DNA of 62,456 nucleotides, filler included, from Actinomycetota bacterium (GTDB lineage Bacteria; Actinomycetota; CADDZG01; JAHWKV01; JAOPZY01): NCBI GenBank assembly GCA_025963875.1. It is 9 parts of 9 records of this genome, joined end to end, with 100 filler letters (N's around TTAATTAATTAA, not from the genome) between each part and the next. Parts side by side here need not be neighbours in the genome. Positions count along the whole stretch, not along the records: positions 59,815 to 62,456 come from JAOPZY010000190.1; 8 more parts are not named here. One strand, 5' to 3'. Shown piece by piece: positions 60,683 to 62,456 of this stretch (position 1 is its first letter; each line of letters starts with the position of its first letter). The notes under the pieces were generated by a model. It saw only the letters and a program-made list of their open reading frames with translations, ran no database searches and was not told where the DNA came from. The position numbers and the translations under genes were made by a program.

Positions 60683-61935
60683 ACCGCGGCCCCCTGCTCC
60701 GCCGGCTCCGGCCGCTGCAAGATGGACTCCGCCCGAGGGAGCTCCATGACGGGAAGCCCACCGAGCCCGGAGATGAGATAGACGAAGTCCTGCCGGACGG
60801 TCATCCGACCGAACGGATCCACGAGCTGGCGAGCCCGGCCCCAGTACAGCTCCCTGTCCTTGCTGGCGTCGTAGAAGTAGCGCACGAAGGAGAAGACGAC
60901 GTCGAGGAAGCTGCCGTAGGCGTCCTGGTACTCCTGGCCGGCAGCCTCCTCCTCGCGGCGACCCGAGAGGATCCTGTCCGCAGCGTCGGCGGCCCGGCTG
61001 CCCCCGTTGAGGGCGAGGAAAACACCGGTCGAAAAGAGTGGGTCGACAAAGCCCGCAGCATCTCCGGCAAGGAGGAACCCGGGGCCGTGGAAGCTACGGC
61101 ACCGGTACGACCAGTCCCGGATGGTGCGGAACCCGCTCGCCAGACGAGCAGACCGGAGGAGCCGGCACGTCCGTTCGGAAGCCTCGATGGCCTCGAGCAG
61201 TGTCTCTCCCGAGGCTGCATTTCGGCCCCGCACTGTGGAAGCGGGCGCCACCAACCCGACGCTCTTCGACCCGTCGTGCAAGGGGATGGTCCACAGCCAG
61301 CCGTCGGGCATGTTCTCGATCAGGATGTTGCCGGCGTCCCGGCCGACGAAGAACTCACCACCTTCGAAATAGGCCCACGTAGCGACGTTGCGCAGCCCTT
61401 CGTCCCATTCGATGAGGCCGAGGCGGCGGCCGAGCAGATGCCCCTGGCCGCTGGCATCCACCGTGATCCGAGCGCGGGCCTCGTGGCTGCGGCCACCCGA
61501 CTCGTAGCGCACACCCACGCACCGGCCGTCCTCGAAGATGAAGCCCTGGACTTCCGCTTCCTCTGTGACCGTTGCCCCGAGGCGCCTGGCGTTCTGGAGA
61601 AGCAGGTAGTCGAACTCCGAGCGCACGACCTGGTAGGCGTGCTCGATCGGACCGACCTCGCCGAAGTAGACCGTCCACGGTTCCGGCCGGCTCCCCCAGC
61701 GGAGCGTGATGCCGTTCTTCTTGACGAATCCGAATTTGTCGATCTGGTCGCCCAGCCCGAGCTGGTCGAGCAACGGCAGGATGCCGGGAACCAGCGACTC
61801 CCCGATGTGGTACCGGGGGAATTTCTCCCGCTCGAGCACCAGCACCGCGTAGCCACGCCGGGCCAGCAGGGCGGAGACAGCGGAGCCCGCTGGCCCGGCG
61901 CCGACCACGATCACGTCCCAACTCTCCCTGCCCAT
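60679..61935 (-). CDS. Flavin-dependent halogenase (non-tryptophan type)
   Basis: GAGPAG, FPRYHIGESL, conserved Lys in FVKKNG, WxWxIP (GWLWTIP) and GDAAGFVDPLFSTGV. Confidence 0.85.
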   Translation of the reverse strand: MGRESWDVIVVGAGPAGSAVSALLARRGYAVLVLEREKFPRYHIGESLVPGILPLLDQLGLGDQIDKFGFVKKNGITLRWGSRPEPWTVYFGEVGPIEHAYQVVRSEFDYLLLQNARRLGATVTEEAEVQGFIFEDGRCVGVRYESGGRSHEARARITVDASGQGHLLGRRLGLIEWDEGLRNVATWAYFEGGEFFVGRDAGNILIENMPDGWLWTIPLHDGSKSVGLVAPASTVRGRNAASGETLLEAIEASERTCRLLRSARLASGFRTIRDWSYRCRSFHGPGFLLAGDAAGFVDPLFSTGVFLALNGGSRAADAADRILSGRREEEAAGQEYQDAYGSFLDVVFSFVRYFYDASKDRELYWGRARQLVDPFGRMTVRQDFVYLISGLGGLPVMELPRAESILQRPEPAEQGAAV

Positions 61936-61976
61936 CGTCCGTCCCTTCCTTGTGCGCTACGTCCCGCCGGATATCC

Positions 61977-62162
61977 ATCAGGTCCCTGTTGATCATCAGG
62001 ATCCTGGTAGAAAATCGGGTACCGGTTGTATAACAGGATCCTGATATCTATGTCAAGGGCCTTGCCTGACGGATGTCCGATGTGTTAATATTTGGCTATC
62101 AGGGTCCTGATATAACCCAGGTCCCTGATGAATCACCGGAAACGGATATTTAGGATCCTGAT
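61977..62162. promoter_or_regulatory. Array of ATCAGG-NN-CCTGAT operators
   Basis: Good copies at 61977, 61995, 62032, 62098, 62116 and 62149. Degenerate copies at 62014 and 62052. Confidence 0.8.
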
Positions 62163-62205
62163 GAATCGGTTAAATGGAATATTTATCTATCCGGGGGGTG
62201 ATAAG

Positions 62206-62456
62206 TTGGCCATACCAGCCTTCGCCGACCCTGACGACGAAAGGCGCCAAACCCGCGTACCCGCGCAGGAGGCGATACGGGCGGAACCGACGAAACTAGT
62301 CAGCCCGGGAATTTCTGAGGAGGGGTCGAAGCCAATCGGGTACCTGCTCAAACGCGTCCAGCACTCCCTTCGTCTGGCGATGGACGAGAAGCTTCGCGAG
62401 TACGAGCTGAGCACCCCTCAATACGCCGCACTCTGGGCTCTCGGGCGGGAGCCGGG
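62206..62456 (+). CDS. MarR-family regulator, 3' truncated (start uncertain)
   Basis: PIGYLLKRVQHSLRLAMDEKLREYELSTPQYAALWAL. Confidence 0.85.
   Translation, partial: MAIPAFADPDDERRQTRVPAQEAIRAEPTKLVSPGISEEGSKPIGYLLKRVQHSLRLAMDEKLREYELSTPQYAALWALGREP

Noticed and set aside
61977..62162. CRISPR array or plasmid iterons
   Set aside because: The units are 14-bp palindromes with 4-6 nt gaps, positioned as operators next to marR. No cas or rep gene is present.

Overview
This window is not contiguous DNA. It is nine assembly contigs joined by eight artificial 100-nt linkers (N-run + TTAATTAATTAA + N-run), so adjacency across linkers is not real synteny. The DNA is high-GC, and gene order plus many leaderless genes point to an Actinomycetota genome or MAG, probably a deep-branching class (inference). 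Contig 1 (1-13330) is a core locus: ahcY, a raiA-motif ncRNA, hpf/raiA, a NarL-type regulator, secA, DUF3048, prfB with a +1 frameshift, ftsEX, an M23 peptidase, smpB, an AbiEi/DUF559 gene and tmRNA. Contig 2 holds a dpp/opp ABC transporter, WS/DGAT, yqgE, an MFS transporter, exported lipoproteins, a flippase and two GDP-sugar enzymes. Contig 3 holds an SMC/SbcC fragment, redox genes and a Csp3-like copper protein. Contig 4 holds Rieske, cytochrome c and an odd lipoyl-like membrane protein. Contig 5 holds a Pro/Ala/Lys-rich protein and exported proteins. Contig 6 is accessory DNA: an IS630 remnant, an eCIS-like PG-binding metallopeptidase with a candidate immunity gene, 117-bp structured repeats and a truncated MalT-like regulator. 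Contig 7 carries group 1h-type [NiFe]-hydrogenase maturation genes. Contig 8 carries a propane-monooxygenase-type SDIMO and its activator. Contig 9 carries a flavin-dependent halogenase, an amidohydrolase and a MarR regulator with a multi-operator array. The most unusual signals are a tmRNA whose tag region is collapsed to about 3 codons, an expanded raiA RNA, the toxin/immunity-like pair, the dispersed structured repeat family and the lipoyl-like cytochrome-associated membrane protein. All calls come from reading the sequence; no database searches were run.
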